64,000 nucleotides of DNA from Vicinamibacterales bacterium (GTDB taxonomy: Bacteria > Acidobacteriota > Vicinamibacteria > Vicinamibacterales > JAMQPK01): contig JAMQPK010000235.1 of the NCBI GenBank assembly GCA_023717525.1, positions 28,427 through 92,426 of the forward strand, read 5' to 3'. The position numbers and the translations under genes were made by a program. The notes below the pieces were generated by a model. The model was not told the origin of the DNA. It did not search any database and worked only from the letters and a program-made list of their open reading frames with translations. Of the stretch, positions 28,913 through 40,008 are shown in pieces (positions within the stretch are counted from its first letter, which is position 1; every line of letters starts with the position of its first letter).

Positions 28913-29526
28913 CCCTTGCTGCCTACCGTCTGAACGACAGTGGCAGACACTCGAGGTTCGTCCGCGAGCAGATCAAGGAACTGGCGCGCTCCCTGGACCT
29001 TGGGATCCCGGTTGTCGGGGTCCACGATGCCGCCGTCGCGAACGACGTTGTCGGCGATGATGAGCGTTCCACGGCGGGACAGTCTCAAGGCCCAGTGAAG
29101 GTACGTGGGGTAGCTCTGCTTGTCGGCATCGATGAAGATCATGTCGAACGGTCCGGTCAGCGTCGGTAACGTTTCCTGCGCTGGGCCGAGGCGAATGTCG
29201 ACGACGTCACCCACAACGGCGCGGTCGAGGTTCGCACGGGCAATTTGCGCGTGGACGGCGTCGGACTCGAGTGTAACCAGCCGACCACCAGGCTGCAGAG
29301 CCTTGGCCAGCCAGATAGTGCTGTAGCCACCAAGAGTGCCAATCTCGAGTATCGAACGCGCATTGTGCGCTCTGGCCAGGAGGTGGAGCAGCTTTCCCTG
29401 AGGGGGAGTGACGCTGATGTCGGGAAGCTTCGCATCGCGGGATGCGTGCAGAGCCGCCTCGGGTTCCTGATCGCTCGCAAAGAGGCTCGTCAGGTACTCG
29501 TCGACAGCCGCCCACCGCTGATCCAT
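28873..29526 (-). CDS. class I SAM-dependent O-methyltransferase (family 3, caffeoyl-CoA OMT-like)
   Basis: ILEIGTLGGYSTIWLA (motif I), FIDADK, and the typical C-terminus ...GYDGFALALV. The start overlaps the upstream permease stop (TAATG). Confidence 0.85.
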   Translation of the reverse strand: MDQRWAAVDEYLTSLFASDQEPEAALHASRDAKLPDISVTPPQGKLLHLLARAHNARSILEIGTLGGYSTIWLAKALQPGGRLVTLESDAVHAQIARANLDRAVVGDVVDIRLGPAQETLPTLTGPFDMIFIDADKQSYPTYLHWALRLSRRGTLIIADNVVRDGGIVDPDNRDPKVQGARQFLDLLADEPRVSATVVQTVGSKGYDGFALALVIAD

Positions 29527-30746
29527 TACTCGTACCGCAGCGCGACGATAGGATCGAGTGCGGCGGCCTTGCGCGCCGGGTAGAAGCCGAAGATGATCCC
29601 CGTCGCTGCGGAGAAGCCGAATGCCATCGCCACGGCATTGGGTGGAACCTGCGTGGGAAACTCCCAGAAACGCGTGGCCAGATCGGCCATCCCGAAGCCG
29701 AGCGCGATGCCGATGCCGCCTCCCAGCAGGCTGATCACGACGGCCTCCACGAGGAACTGCAGCTGCACGTCCCAGCCCTTGGCGCCAATGGCCATGCGAA
29801 TGCCGATTTCGCGGGTGCGCTCAGTGACCGACACCAGCATGATGTTCATGATGCCGATGCCGCCCACGATGAGCGACACGCCCGCGATGCCCGCAAGCAG
29901 ATTCGTCATGGTATCGAGCGCTGCGGTGCGGATCTCCGCGATGTCTTCCTGCGTGCGCACGGTAAAGTCGTCCGGATCGCCATTGGCGAGCTTGTGCTGC
30001 GTGCGCATCACGACCGACACGGCATTGGAGACGTCACTTGTCGCGTCGGCATTGGCGGCCGACAGCGTGATGCTCTGAATATACTGTTGGCCCATCAGTT
30101 TTTTCTGCACCGTCGTGTAGGGCGCAAAGAGCGTGTCGTCCTGATCGTCGCCCATGCCCGCCTGCCCCTTGCTGCCCATCACGCCAATGACCTTGAAGGG
30201 CTGATTCCGCACGCGAATCACCTGGCCGGTCGGATCGACCTCCGGTCCAAAGAGTTGCTCGCTGACGGTCTTGCCGAGCACGGCGACCTTTGCGGCACTG
30301 TTGACATCCTGCGTGCTGAAAAACGAGCCGTATCTGATCGGCCACTCGCGGATGAGCGGGAAGTCGACATCGGTGCCCTGGACGCGCGTCGACCAGTTCT
30401 GGTTGCCGGCGATCACCTGCCCGCGCATGTTCACCCCAGGGGTGATGTACTGCACGTTCGGCACTTCCTTCCGGATCGCCTCGACGTCATCGATGGTCAG
30501 CGTCGCAGCGGCACCGCTGCCGCCGCGCACGCCGCCGGCAGTGAAGTTGCCGGCATTGATGGTGACGAGGTTTGTGCCTCCGGCCTTGATCTGCGCTTCG
30601 ATGCGCGCCTGCGCGCCGTTGCCCAGGCCGACGAGCGTGATGACGGCCGATACACCGATGATCATGCCGAGCATCGTGAGGGCTGTGCGCATCTTGTTTC
30701 TCGCCAGCGCCTTCAGCGCGATTCGGGTCGTCATTACAGGAGACAT
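29526..30746 (-). CDS. MacB-type ABC transporter permease (FtsX domain with large periplasmic domain)
   Basis: N-terminus ALKALARNKMRTALTMLGMIIGVSAVI. C-terminus with TREIGIRMAIGA and ARKAAALDPIVALRYE, typical of MacB/FtsX permeases. Confidence 0.9.
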   Translation of the reverse strand: MSPVMTTRIALKALARNKMRTALTMLGMIIGVSAVITLVGLGNGAQARIEAQIKAGGTNLVTINAGNFTAGGVRGGSGAAATLTIDDVEAIRKEVPNVQYITPGVNMRGQVIAGNQNWSTRVQGTDVDFPLIREWPIRYGSFFSTQDVNSAAKVAVLGKTVSEQLFGPEVDPTGQVIRVRNQPFKVIGVMGSKGQAGMGDDQDDTLFAPYTTVQKKLMGQQYIQSITLSAANADATSDVSNAVSVVMRTQHKLANGDPDDFTVRTQEDIAEIRTAALDTMTNLLAGIAGVSLIVGGIGIMNIMLVSVTERTREIGIRMAIGAKGWDVQLQFLVEAVVISLLGGGIGIALGFGMADLATRFWEFPTQVPPNAVAMAFGFSAATGIIFGFYPARKAAALDPIVALRYE

Positions 30747-30760
30747 GGGTACCTCACACT

Positions 30761-30847
30761 ATTGGAGATTGAGTGATTGAAGATTGAGTGATTGAGATTG
30801 TCTCATTGGCTCAATGTTTCAATCTGCAATCTGCAATTCTTCAATGT
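30761..30847. repeat. 7-8 bp periodic inverted array (ATTGAGN / NTCAAT family) inside the MacAB-type operon
   Basis: attggag attgagtg attgaag attgagtg attgag attgtctc attgg | ctcaatg tttcaatc tgcaatc tgcaattc ttcaatg. Left and right halves are approximate reverse complements. Confidence 0.8.
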
Positions 30848-30851
30848 CCAG

Positions 30852-31592
30852 TTATGCAATAGCCGGCATGGACGCAAGCTCTGTGTCGGCGTCGCGGCGA
30901 TTCGTGACCTGCACATCGTCGCGGATGCGGCCGTCTTTGAACGAGACGATGCGCGTGGCGTATTCGGCGATGTCGTGCTCGTGCGTAATGAGCAGCACGG
31001 TGATGCCGTGTTCCATGTTCAGCCGTTGAAAAATTCCCATCACCTCGACGCTTGTGCGCGAGTCGAGGTTGCCAGTGGGCTCGTCGGCCAGAATCAGTGA
31101 GGGCTGGTTGATGAGTGCGCGGGCAATCGCCACGCGTTGCTGTTGGCCCCCTGACAACTGGTTGGGATGATGATGCGCGCGCTCGCTGAGGCCAACGGCC
31201 TTCAGCGCTTCCATGGCTCGTTTGTGGCGCTCGGCCGTTTTCAGTGATTTCTCGGTGTAGAGCAGCGGTAGTTCCACGTTGTCGAGTGCCGACGTGCGTG
31301 AGAGCAGATTGAAACCCTGGAAGACGAAGCCGATCTTCCTGTTGCGCACCTCAGCCAGCTCGTTCCGGCTGAGCCTGGCCACGTCGCGGCCGTCGAGAAA
31401 ATACTGGCCGCTCGTCGGATGATCGAGGCAGCCGAGGATGTGCATCAGGGTCGACTTGCCGGACCCCGATGGACCCGTGGCAGCCACGAACTCGCCCTGC
31501 TCTATGCTCAGCGTGACGCCGCGCAGCGCGTGAACTTTGACCTCACCGACTTCATACGTCTTAATGAGATCGCGGACCGAGATGACGGACAT
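30852..31592 (-). CDS. MacB-type ABC transporter ATP-binding protein
   Basis: Walker [36 protein letters not shown]. The start overlaps the upstream stop (TAATG). Confidence 0.92.
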   Translation of the reverse strand: MSVISVRDLIKTYEVGEVKVHALRGVTLSIEQGEFVAATGPSGSGKSTLMHILGCLDHPTSGQYFLDGRDVARLSRNELAEVRNRKIGFVFQGFNLLSRTSALDNVELPLLYTEKSLKTAERHKRAMEALKAVGLSERAHHHPNQLSGGQQQRVAIARALINQPSLILADEPTGNLDSRTSVEVMGIFQRLNMEHGITVLLITHEHDIAEYATRIVSFKDGRIRDDVQVTNRRDADTELASMPAIA

Positions 31593-33439
31593 TACCTGCC
31601 GCCCCTCCCGCCGCCTCCGCCCTGGAACCCGCCACCAGGAAAGCCGCCTCCCGGGAAACCGCCGCGCTGCTGGCCGAGACCGGGGAAGGCGTTCCCGCCG
31701 GTTGCGGCCGTCGTTTGCTGGGCTGCCGTCGTGACCGCCGTGACGACCTCCGTGTCGTCATCCAGCTTTCCGTTGTCGAGCACCTGAGCGAGCTCGGATT
31801 GCTGGCCGTCGGTGATTCCAAGGCGCAACCGGATGCGGTTGAGTTTTCCGTTCTCGTGCAGCCACACCTGGCCGAAGGACTCAGTCGGCGGTAGTGGCCC
31901 AAACAGCGCGTCGATCGTGGTCGCGCTCGGTGCCGCCTGCCCGGTCTGACGTGGTTGTGCGCTCGCTGCCCGCGTTTGACCGCGCTGTGCAACAGGCGCA
32001 GGTTGTCCATCCGCTGGTGGCGCAAAACCTCGAGCACGCATGCGCTCGAGCGTCTGCTCGCGCTCTTCCGGCGACATGCCGGCCATTCGCGCGAGCATGC
32101 GGGCCTGGAAATCTTCTCCGCGCCCGCCGCCGCGCCCGCCGCCGAATCCACCAGTGCCTGAGCCTGCATCGGCGCCAGCTTCGCCGCCAGTACCGGCACC
32201 AGCACCGGCACCGCGCCCGCCGCCGCGGCGTGTGCCCTCGGTTGCCGATGGTTCCTGATCTGTTGAGGCGACCGTCGCCGGTGGTTTCGATGGAGCGGCC
32301 GGCTGCGCGCGCGGTGCTGCTGCCGGAGTCGCAGGCAAGGTCGCTGGCGGAGTCATCCGGGTATCCGGCGGGGTACTCGTTCCGCCAGGCGCGTCGCTGC
32401 CGCCGCGCCGCCCGCCGCGGCCGCCCGCCGGCGCCGGAGGAGGCGTTTGTCCAAGCGCCGCGAAGATCTCGTTCGTCGGACGGAACCGCAGCGCCGCGTT
32501 CGGCACGCGCAGCACGTTGTTGCGCCGGGCGATCTCGATGTTCACGTTGGCCGTCATTCCCGGCTTCAGTTTCAGCTCGAGGTTGGGCACGTCGATCACC
32601 GTCGAGTAGGTCACGACGTTCTGCACCGTTTGCGGCTGCAGGCGCACCTGCGTGACTGTTCCCCTGAACGTGTCGTTGGGATACGCGTCGACGCGGAACT
32701 GCACGAGCTGCCCAGGCCTGATGCGCCCGACGTCCGATTCGTCGAGGCTCGCGATCACCTGCATCTTCGTAAGGTCGGCCGCAAGCAGGAACAGTGTGGG
32801 CGCCGACATGCTGGCCGCAACCGTCTGACCGACGTCGACATTGCGCGCAATCACGAGTCCATCGATCGGCGCTTCAATGATCGTGTGCTGCTGATTGACC
32901 TCACTCTGGCTCAGCGACGCCTGTGCCTGAGTCACCGCCGCCTGCTGAGAGCGGAGCTGCGCGTCGGCGGACCGCACATTCACCTCGGCTGCCTCGAGCT
33001 CGGTCTGGGCGATGAGCTTCTTCGCTGAGAGCTCCTGCGCGCGCCGCAACTTGGTGCGCGCGTCATCGGAGGCGACGCGCAGGCGTTCGAGATCGGCCTG
33101 GGCACGTATCAGATTGGCTTTCGACTGTTCGATTTGTGTCTGGAAAAGAGATGGATCGAGCCGCGCCAACACCTGACCCTTGTGCACGAGCGAATTGAAA
33201 TCAGCGTTCAGCTCGAGGATGGTCCCAGAGACCTGCGTGCCGACCTGGACGGTCGTGACCGCCTGCAGCGTCCCGGTCGCGCCGACGGTCTCGGCGATGT
33301 CGCCGCGCGAGACCTTTGCGGTCGTGATCGTGGGCGCCGGGGCTTTCCTCGTATAGCGGTAGTACGCGTAGCCTCCACCGCCCGCGAGGATCAGAACTCC
33401 AAGGACGAGAATGATTTTGCGCAGAGCCGTATCCTCCAT
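31592..33439 (-). CDS. efflux periplasmic adaptor (MacA/HlyD family) with a ~175-aa Pro/Ala/Gly/Arg-rich insertion and a Gly-rich tail
   Basis: TM anchor, lipoyl and coiled-coil hairpin region (LDPSLFQ...), and beta-barrel (RVPNAALRF). A low-complexity stretch at aa ~331-507 precedes the last domain ([21 protein letters not shown]). Tail is [23 protein letters not shown]. Confidence 0.85.
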   Translation of the reverse strand: MEDTALRKIILVLGVLILAGGGGYAYYRYTRKAPAPTITTAKVSRGDIAETVGATGTLQAVTTVQVGTQVSGTILELNADFNSLVHKGQVLARLDPSLFQTQIEQSKANLIRAQADLERLRVASDDARTKLRRAQELSAKKLIAQTELEAAEVNVRSADAQLRSQQAAVTQAQASLSQSEVNQQHTIIEAPIDGLVIARNVDVGQTVAASMSAPTLFLLAADLTKMQVIASLDESDVGRIRPGQLVQFRVDAYPNDTFRGTVTQVRLQPQTVQNVVTYSTVIDVPNLELKLKPGMTANVNIEIARRNNVLRVPNAALRFRPTNEIFAALGQTPPPAPAGGRGGRRGGSDAPGGTSTPPDTRMTPPATLPATPAAAPRAQPAAPSKPPATVASTDQEPSATEGTRRGGGRGAGAGAGTGGEAGADAGSGTGGFGGGRGGGRGEDFQARMLARMAGMSPEEREQTLERMRARGFAPPADGQPAPVAQRGQTRAASAQPRQTGQAAPSATTIDALFGPLPPTESFGQVWLHENGKLNRIRLRLGITDGQQSELAQVLDNGKLDDDTEVVTAVTTAAQQTTAATGGNAFPGLGQQRGGFPGGGFPGGGFQGGGGGRGGR

Positions 33440-33487
33440 ATGTGTATACGACAGAGGGCCAGCTGTCGTTGCCTTGTCATCGTTTTG

Positions 33488-34651
33488 TCATATATTCGCA
33501 GCGACCGTTTCCCAGCGCCCGCTCCGGGCGGATCGAAGCACGGCGTCGGTGACGTAGTCGGTCGACAAGCCATCCCTGAACGTCGGCCCAATGGTCTTGT
33601 TGGCCCCCAATGCTTCGAGGAAGTCCGCAACCTGATGGACAAACGTATGTTCGTACCCGATCTGCAGGCCCGGTACCCACCAGTGTTTCATGTATGGATG
33701 ATCGCTGTCCGTGATGTGAATGCTTCGCCAGCCGCGCAGCCGCCCTTCCTCGCCGTGCTCGAAGTACTGCAGGCGATGCAAGTCGTGGAGGTCCCATTTC
33801 GCCGACGCGTTCTCGCCATTAATCTCGAGCGTGTAGAGCGCTTTGTGACCTCTGGCGTAGCGCGTCGCCTCGAACGTGGCCATCGATCCGTTCTCGAACC
33901 GGCACAAAAAGGCACTCGCATCGTCGATGCCGACCGGCTCCACGCGTCCCGTCAGGTTGTGTTTGCGTTCCTTGATGAACGTTTCGGTCATCGCCGTCAC
34001 TTCGGCGATCGGCCCATTCAGCCACAACGCCGTGTCGATGTTGTGCGCGAGCAGATCGCCGGTCACACCGCTGCCAGCGACGCCGACGTCGAGGCGCCAG
34101 AGTCCTTCGCCTCCCTGGGGGAGGTCCTTCGAGATCGTCCAGTCCTGAAGGAATACCGATCGGTAGTGAAAGATTCGTCCGAAACGGCCTTCGTCCAGGA
34201 GCTGCTTCAGCAGCATCACGGCCGGCGCCCGGCGATAGTTGTACCAGACCATGTTGGGAACACCAGCGGCTTCGACGGCGGCGACCATTCGTTCGCCCTC
34301 AGCCGCGGTTCGCGCGAGCGGCTTCTCGCACATCACGATCTTTCCGGCCTTCGCGGCGGCAACGGCGATCTCGGCGTGCGTGTCGTTGGGTGACGCGATG
34401 TCGATGACATCGATGTCCTTCCGGCTCACGAGCGCTCGCCAGTCGGACTCGACGGTCTGGTAGCCCCAGGTGTCGGCGAACGCTTTCACTCGATCGGTAT
34501 TGCGAGCCGCGACGGCCTTCAGTACCGGTTCGTAGGGCAAATCGAAGAACCTGTACGCCTGGCGGAAGGCGTTCGAGTGCGCCCGGCCCATGAACCCATA
34601 ACCGACCATCCCGACGTTCAATGGTTTCTTCGTCGGCACGACTAGTCCCAA
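33488..34651 (-). CDS. Gfo/Idh/MocA family oxidoreductase
   Basis: N-terminal Rossmann motif [21 protein letters not shown] motif, typical length. Confidence 0.88.
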   Translation of the reverse strand: MGLVVPTKKPLNVGMVGYGFMGRAHSNAFRQAYRFFDLPYEPVLKAVAARNTDRVKAFADTWGYQTVESDWRALVSRKDIDVIDIASPNDTHAEIAVAAAKAGKIVMCEKPLARTAAEGERMVAAVEAAGVPNMVWYNYRRAPAVMLLKQLLDEGRFGRIFHYRSVFLQDWTISKDLPQGGEGLWRLDVGVAGSGVTGDLLAHNIDTALWLNGPIAEVTAMTETFIKERKHNLTGRVEPVGIDDASAFLCRFENGSMATFEATRYARGHKALYTLEINGENASAKWDLHDLHRLQYFEHGEEGRLRGWRSIHITDSDHPYMKHWWVPGLQIGYEHTFVHQVADFLEALGANKTIGPTFRDGLSTDYVTDAVLRSARSGRWETVAANI

Positions 34652-35694
34652 CCGTGTGCGTTACGCACGGCAATCATCGACGACAGCACACTGCGCCACG
34701 TCTGCGGGTTCATCATCGTCTCGTTGGAGAACATGCAACCGTCCCAGCAGATGTGTTGAAAGGCGCGCGTTGGCCGGCCGGACTCGTCTTTCAGCCACTC
34801 GCCGGCGACGTCGACGATGTCCATCTTGCCGTTCGGGTCGTCTGGCAAACAGTGGCGGCCAGTCTTGTCGTGCGATCCGGAGCCTTTGACGGTCGCGTCA
34901 TTCTGAGCCACGTGAAAATCGATCGTCCATGGCCGCAATGCGCGTGTCATCGTTCTGATGGCAGATATCAAGGTCGTCCGATTGGTCCAGTCGAAGCCTT
35001 CAGGCAGTAGACGATCGTCGGGTGAGTTGTACCCGAGCGTGAAGAGCAGGGTGTGCGCCATGTCTGCCTGAAACCCGAGTGTCTTCGGCCGGCCAACCAT
35101 TTCGAGCAGCTCCACGTTCTGTTTCCAGCTGTGCATACCGCCCCAACAGATTTCTCCTTCAGCAGCCAGCCGCTCTCCACAATCCTCGGCGATATCGCAC
35201 GCCGAGCGGAACGTATCGGCGATGCGCTTTGTGTTGGCTGACGGATCGCTGGCCCATTCTGCAGGGCTCGACGCCGAGTCAATTCGAATGACGCCATACT
35301 GGCGGACGCCAAGGTCGCGGAGCCTGTTGCCTATCGTGCATGCCTTCCGCACTTGCGTCAGAAACCGGCCGCGATCGTCCGCGTTTCCCATGGCCGACCC
35401 GCCGCCGGTCGGCGGCCAGACCGGCGCCACCAGCGAGCCGATGCTCAGATGCCTGGCGCGAACTTTGTCGGCAAGCAGCTTCAACTCGTCATGAGTCGCG
35501 TCGATACTCGTGTGCGGCTCGAACAGGAAGAGATCGACACCGTCGAACTTGAGGCCATTCACCTCGGTCTCCGCGGTCAAGCGGAGCATTGTGTCGAGGT
35601 CAATCGGTGGTTCCGAGTCCGGGCCCTTTCCAACCAGCCCGGGCCACATCGCGTTGTGGAGGGCGGGCAGTGAATGCGTCGGGGCTGACGTCAT
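34642..35694 (-). CDS. sugar phosphate isomerase/epimerase (xylose-isomerase-like TIM barrel)
   Basis: [10 protein letters not shown]..., and an overall pattern of AP-endonuclease-2 / xylose-isomerase-like barrels. 10-nt overlap with the downstream gene. Confidence 0.7.
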   Translation of the reverse strand: MTSAPTHSLPALHNAMWPGLVGKGPDSEPPIDLDTMLRLTAETEVNGLKFDGVDLFLFEPHTSIDATHDELKLLADKVRARHLSIGSLVAPVWPPTGGGSAMGNADDRGRFLTQVRKACTIGNRLRDLGVRQYGVIRIDSASSPAEWASDPSANTKRIADTFRSACDIAEDCGERLAAEGEICWGGMHSWKQNVELLEMVGRPKTLGFQADMAHTLLFTLGYNSPDDRLLPEGFDWTNRTTLISAIRTMTRALRPWTIDFHVAQNDATVKGSGSHDKTGRHCLPDDPNGKMDIVDVAGEWLKDESGRPTRAFQHICWDGCMFSNETMMNPQTWRSVLSSMIAVRNAHGWD

Positions 35695-36896
35695 GCGATC
35701 GCCTCAGGATTGCCGGGGCCAAAATGCTTGAGGATGACGAGGGGATCGGTCTCACTCAGGTTCTGGATCTTCACGCCCGCCGCCGCTGTGTCAGCCGTGA
35801 CGAACAACTCGTCTTCCGTCATCTCGCCGAACCTGATCATTGATGGCGTAGAGACGGTGTGTTTCCCGATGACGCCGTGGCCCTGGGTCAGAATGAGGCC
35901 ATAGGCCGCGGCGTCTTTCACGGTGACGGATCGCTTTGGAAAGACCGTGAGTTCCTTCGCTGAATACCACTTCGTGCCATAACAGACCCACCGCTCGGAA
36001 TAGCCGAGGTCGGTTTCCTGCCCAGCGGTGTGGATACGCTTGGGGAACACACGGTTCGATTGTGCGAACTCCGGATTCACATTCGCATCCCAGTCGAGCA
36101 TGCCGACGAGAAAATCCAAATCATGCTGGCGTTCGGCGGGGACGTCTTTCGTCAGCAGGCTGCGATCGACGACACGGCCATCGACCAGCGATTGAAACAT
36201 CGCAAATACGTCGCTGTTCACCTGAGGCTCGTAGGTTACCAGGGAGCCGGGCGCATGCAGAATACCCGGATTGATTTGCCAGCCAGTGCCGGGCTGAAGG
36301 CGATACGCCCGCGAATGATTCAGAATGCCGTTATCGCCCTTGTTCCAATCGCCGAGGCACCGCCGGACGTCATCTTTGGTCGTGCCCGGTTCGAGGCCCA
36401 TGAAGGTGTAGGGGAAACTGTTTTCGATCTGGTTGTACTGTGGAGGGAAATAGTACGCCTCGGGCTTGCCCTTCTGGCCGACCATCGCAGCGTGCTCGTC
36501 GCTCTGATGCAAGTGGTGAGGAATAGCGCCTGCGTTGTCGAAGAACTTGCAGAGCAGATTCCAGCCGCCTTCTCTCTGCATCACCGCCGGCCCGATCAGC
36601 AGGTCGCCGCCGGCGTCGATGAGCGACTTGAAGAGCACTCGCGCACCATTGCCCAGGCGCACGTAGCTCAAACCTTCGTCGTCAGGGGTTCCGGGGCCAT
36701 TCGATGCATGCGTGGTCGATGAAAACCACCGTTCGTTGATACCGCCGCGATGCCCGCCGAGGGCATAAAGGTCGTCGGGGTGCAGCTTCAGCCGGCGGCC
36801 GGGAATCATGAACGTGCGAGGGACCCAGCAGGGCTCCAGCCTGAGGATGCCAGCCCCTGCCCCGATGGCATCCTGGCTTGCTGCTCGATTCGACAT
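35691..36896 (-). CDS. cupin-fold sugar isomerase-like protein (type I phosphomannose-isomerase-like), function uncertain
   Basis: 401-aa ORF with a His cluster [11 protein letters not shown] and a second beta-rich half. ATGA overlap with the downstream gene. Family call is weak. Confidence 0.45.
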   Translation of the reverse strand: MSNRAASQDAIGAGAGILRLEPCWVPRTFMIPGRRLKLHPDDLYALGGHRGGINERWFSSTTHASNGPGTPDDEGLSYVRLGNGARVLFKSLIDAGGDLLIGPAVMQREGGWNLLCKFFDNAGAIPHHLHQSDEHAAMVGQKGKPEAYYFPPQYNQIENSFPYTFMGLEPGTTKDDVRRCLGDWNKGDNGILNHSRAYRLQPGTGWQINPGILHAPGSLVTYEPQVNSDVFAMFQSLVDGRVVDRSLLTKDVPAERQHDLDFLVGMLDWDANVNPEFAQSNRVFPKRIHTAGQETDLGYSERWVCYGTKWYSAKELTVFPKRSVTVKDAAAYGLILTQGHGVIGKHTVSTPSMIRFGEMTEDELFVTADTAAAGVKIQNLSETDPLVILKHFGPGNPEAIA

Positions 36897-36965
36897 GTGG
36901 ACACTTCATATCACATCAACGCGAACTTCGTAGCGCTGCCGGTGCGGATGTGATAATTCTCCCGC

Positions 36966-38390
36966 ATGACTCTTCGATCTTTGGGCGCGGTGTCCTTCGT
37001 CGTCTGCTTGCTGGCGCCCGCTACAGCTCATGCGCAGGGCCGGGGCGGTCCGAACTGGACCACCTATAACTCGGATGCCCAACGCACGGCATCGATCCGC
37101 ACGGACCCCAGAATTTCGACCGACAGCGTGTCGAAGCCGGGTGTATTCCAGCTGATTTGGAAAACCCGGCTGGAGAACCAGTCGCGCCAGATGAACTCGC
37201 TGACGCAGCCGCTCCTGCTGAACAACATCATTTCGTACAAGGGGTTCAAGGCTCTTGCCTTTGTCGGCGGGAGCGCCGACAACGTCTGGTCGATCGACTA
37301 CGAGCTCAATCGGATGTTCTGGGCCAGGCGCCTGAATCCCGGCTCAACGGGAAGTGGGACCCCACAGTGCCCTGGAGGACTGACGGCCATCACACGCGTC
37401 ACGCCGCTCCCACAGGCCACACCTGCGCCAACCCCAGCGCCGGCGCGTGTTGGAGGACCGGCGGGCTTGAATCTTGGAATGAACCTGGCCGCCGCCGTTT
37501 ACGCGATTTCCGGCGCTGGAATGGTGCACGTGCTGAATCCGCAAACAGGTGAGGATCTCTCGCCGCCTGTGAAGTTTCTGGCGCCGAACGCCAAGGTCCT
37601 CGGGTCGGTGTTTGTCGACGGCATGTTGTACGCGGCAACGGCGGACAACTGCGGAAACGTTGCCAGTGGGGTCTGGACGGTCGAGCCTGGGTCCGAGGCA
37701 AAAGCCATCAGGAATTGGACTGCCGGAAAGGGGACCGTCGTCGGAAACGCCGCACCGACGCTCGGCGCGGATGGTACGGTATACGTCGCCACGACGGGTG
37801 GGGAGGTCGTGGCGTTACAGGCTCGATCGTTGACGCCCAGCGGCGTTTTTACAGCAGGGACACCGTTTACGACGGGGCCGATCGCTTTTTCTTATAAGAA
37901 CCGAGCGGTCGTCGTCGCGGGGAATAGCGATGGGCGGCTATACGTGCTTGATGCCGCCGGGATGACGGCTGTTTCGAGATCGGAGCCCGTCGCCGCAACG
38001 GCACCGAATTCTGGCCTCGCGACATGGGAAGACTCCGATGGAACGCGTTGGGTACTGGCGTCCGCCGGCACCAAAGTGCTGGCGTTCAGGTTCGTCGATC
38101 GGAATGGAACGCCAGCGCTGCAGCAAGCCTGGAGTTCGCGCGACATTGCGACGCCAGCGCCACCCATCGTGATCAACGGCGTGGTGTTCGCCCTCGCCAG
38201 CGGCGGCCCGCGCAGCGGTCCTGCGGTGCTCTATGCCATCGACGGCCGATCGGGAAAAGACTTGTGGAATAGCGGCAGTGCCATCACCTCGTTCGTGCGG
38301 TCGGGAGGCCTGTCGGGTGGAGATGGCCAGGTTTATGTCCCGACGTACGACAACACGTTGTACGCCTTCGGTATTCCACTCGAGCACTGA
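36966..38390 (+). CDS. secreted PQQ-like / BamB-like beta-propeller repeat protein
   Basis: Signal peptide. Repeated ...LYA.D..G..LW... blades. The C-terminus VYVPTYDNTLYAFGIP resembles that of the next gene. Confidence 0.72.
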   Translation: MTLRSLGAVSFVVCLLAPATAHAQGRGGPNWTTYNSDAQRTASIRTDPRISTDSVSKPGVFQLIWKTRLENQSRQMNSLTQPLLLNNIISYKGFKALAFVGGSADNVWSIDYELNRMFWARRLNPGSTGSGTPQCPGGLTAITRVTPLPQATPAPTPAPARVGGPAGLNLGMNLAAAVYAISGAGMVHVLNPQTGEDLSPPVKFLAPNAKVLGSVFVDGMLYAATADNCGNVASGVWTVEPGSEAKAIRNWTAGKGTVVGNAAPTLGADGTVYVATTGGEVVALQARSLTPSGVFTAGTPFTTGPIAFSYKNRAVVVAGNSDGRLYVLDAAGMTAVSRSEPVAATAPNSGLATWEDSDGTRWVLASAGTKVLAFRFVDRNGTPALQQAWSSRDIATPAPPIVINGVVFALASGGPRSGPAVLYAIDGRSGKDLWNSGSAITSFVRSGGLSGGDGQVYVPTYDNTLYAFGIPLEH

Positions 38391-38403
38391 CAGGAGTTCG
38401 AAG

Positions 38404-39984
38404 ATGAAGAGAGTGACGCACCTTTTGGCGCTCGTATGCTGCTGTGTGACCGTCGTCATCGGCGCGCAGCGTGGCGTCTCGCAACATGGCCAGACGGCGA
38501 CCGACTGGGTGACCGACGGAGGCGACAATCAGCGTACAGGCTGGGCCAGGGCGGAGACGATTCTCAATAGAGACAACGTCAAAGATCTGAAGCTTTCCTG
38601 GACGATGGCGACCGAGAATCAGCCACGGGCGCTCCATTCACTGATGCCGGTGCTTGTCATCGGCGAGTTGACCACGTCGAGCGGCCGCAGGCAGGTGGGC
38701 ATCGTCAACGGCATTTCTGACAACCTCTACGGGTTCGACGTCGAGACCGGCAAGATGCTTTGGCACAAACACTGGCTCTACGAAGGGCAGGTCCAGCCAG
38801 GGGTCGATCCGCTTCATCTGGGATTCCTTCGCCCCGGCGGCAGTAGCGACACGCCGGTTGTCGGCCCGCCCGATGCGGCAGGTAGACGGCCGGTGTATTT
38901 CGTGACCGGCGACGGGATGCTGCACATCGTGAATGCGGCAGACGGGGAAGACCTGGAGGCGCCTTACATGTTTCACACCGGTAAAGGCTGGAGCCTGAAC
39001 CTCGTGGGGAATGTTCTGTGGATGGCGAACACATACGCGCAGAGTACGTTGACGGCCGTCCGCCTGGACGACCCCCAGCACAAAGTCATGAATTTCAACG
39101 CGGGCAGCGGTGGAGCCTGGGGCCGCCGCGGCGCGGCGATCGACTCAACTGGAACGGCGTGGACCACAACGGGCGATGGTATCTACGATCCGTTGAGCGT
39201 CCCGCCGAGATATGCCAACAGCGTGATCGGCGTCCACATCGTCGGCGACACGCTGCAGTTGAAGGACTACTACACGCCGACGAACTGGCAATGGCTGCAG
39301 AAACGCGATCTCGATCCGAATAACACGCCGACGATCTTCTCGTACAAAGGGCGCGAGCTGATAGCCGCCTCGGGAAAGGAATGCCGGGTGTACCTGCTCG
39401 ATCCGAAGTCAGCCGGTGGAGCCGATCACCAGACGCCACTCTACAAGACGCCGCTCTTCTGCAACGAAGAGGTCGATTTTCAGGACGCCGGCAGTTGGGG
39501 CGCGATGTCTACGTGGGAAGATACCGACGGAACCCGGTGGATTCTTGCGCCGTTCTGGGGACCGGTGCACTCCAAGTTCAAGTTTCCCATCACGAACGGC
39601 GCGGTGAGCGACGGCGGAGTCGCCGCCTTCAAACTCGAAGAGCGCGACGGGAGACTGCAGATCGTTCCGGTGTGGGTGTCGCGCGACATGAAGCGGGGCG
39701 AGCCGGTCATCATCGCGAATGGCGTGGTGTTCGGATATGGAAGCGGAGAAGAAACCAAACAGTCGTTCTCCGATCTCGGGTTACAGTTCGATTCGACGAT
39801 TCGCGCGGCGAAAGGCACGCGCGCCACCATTTACGCCCTCGATGCGCGCACCGGAAAAGAGCTGTGGTCGAGCGGCGATCAGATCAAGACCTGGAATCAT
39901 TTCGCCGGATTGACCGTTGCCAACGGACGCGTCTACCTCGGCACCTATGATGGTGTGTTGTATTCGTTCGGGATTCCCAGGTAG
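38404..39984 (+). CDS. secreted PQQ-like beta-propeller repeat protein (paralogue of previous gene)
   Basis: Start set to ATG 38404 (MKRVTHLLALVCCCVTVVIGA signal peptide). Blades such as LYGFDVETGKMLW and IYALDARTGKELW. C-terminus RVYLGTYDGVLYSFGIP. Confidence 0.75.
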   Translation: MKRVTHLLALVCCCVTVVIGAQRGVSQHGQTATDWVTDGGDNQRTGWARAETILNRDNVKDLKLSWTMATENQPRALHSLMPVLVIGELTTSSGRRQVGIVNGISDNLYGFDVETGKMLWHKHWLYEGQVQPGVDPLHLGFLRPGGSSDTPVVGPPDAAGRRPVYFVTGDGMLHIVNAADGEDLEAPYMFHTGKGWSLNLVGNVLWMANTYAQSTLTAVRLDDPQHKVMNFNAGSGGAWGRRGAAIDSTGTAWTTTGDGIYDPLSVPPRYANSVIGVHIVGDTLQLKDYYTPTNWQWLQKRDLDPNNTPTIFSYKGRELIAASGKECRVYLLDPKSAGGADHQTPLYKTPLFCNEEVDFQDAGSWGAMSTWEDTDGTRWILAPFWGPVHSKFKFPITNGAVSDGGVAAFKLEERDGRLQIVPVWVSRDMKRGEPVIIANGVVFGYGSGEETKQSFSDLGLQFDSTIRAAKGTRATIYALDARTGKELWSSGDQIKTWNHFAGLTVANGRVYLGTYDGVLYSFGIPR

Positions 39985-40008
39985 CGGGACACCGAAAAGG
40001 AGATTGCC

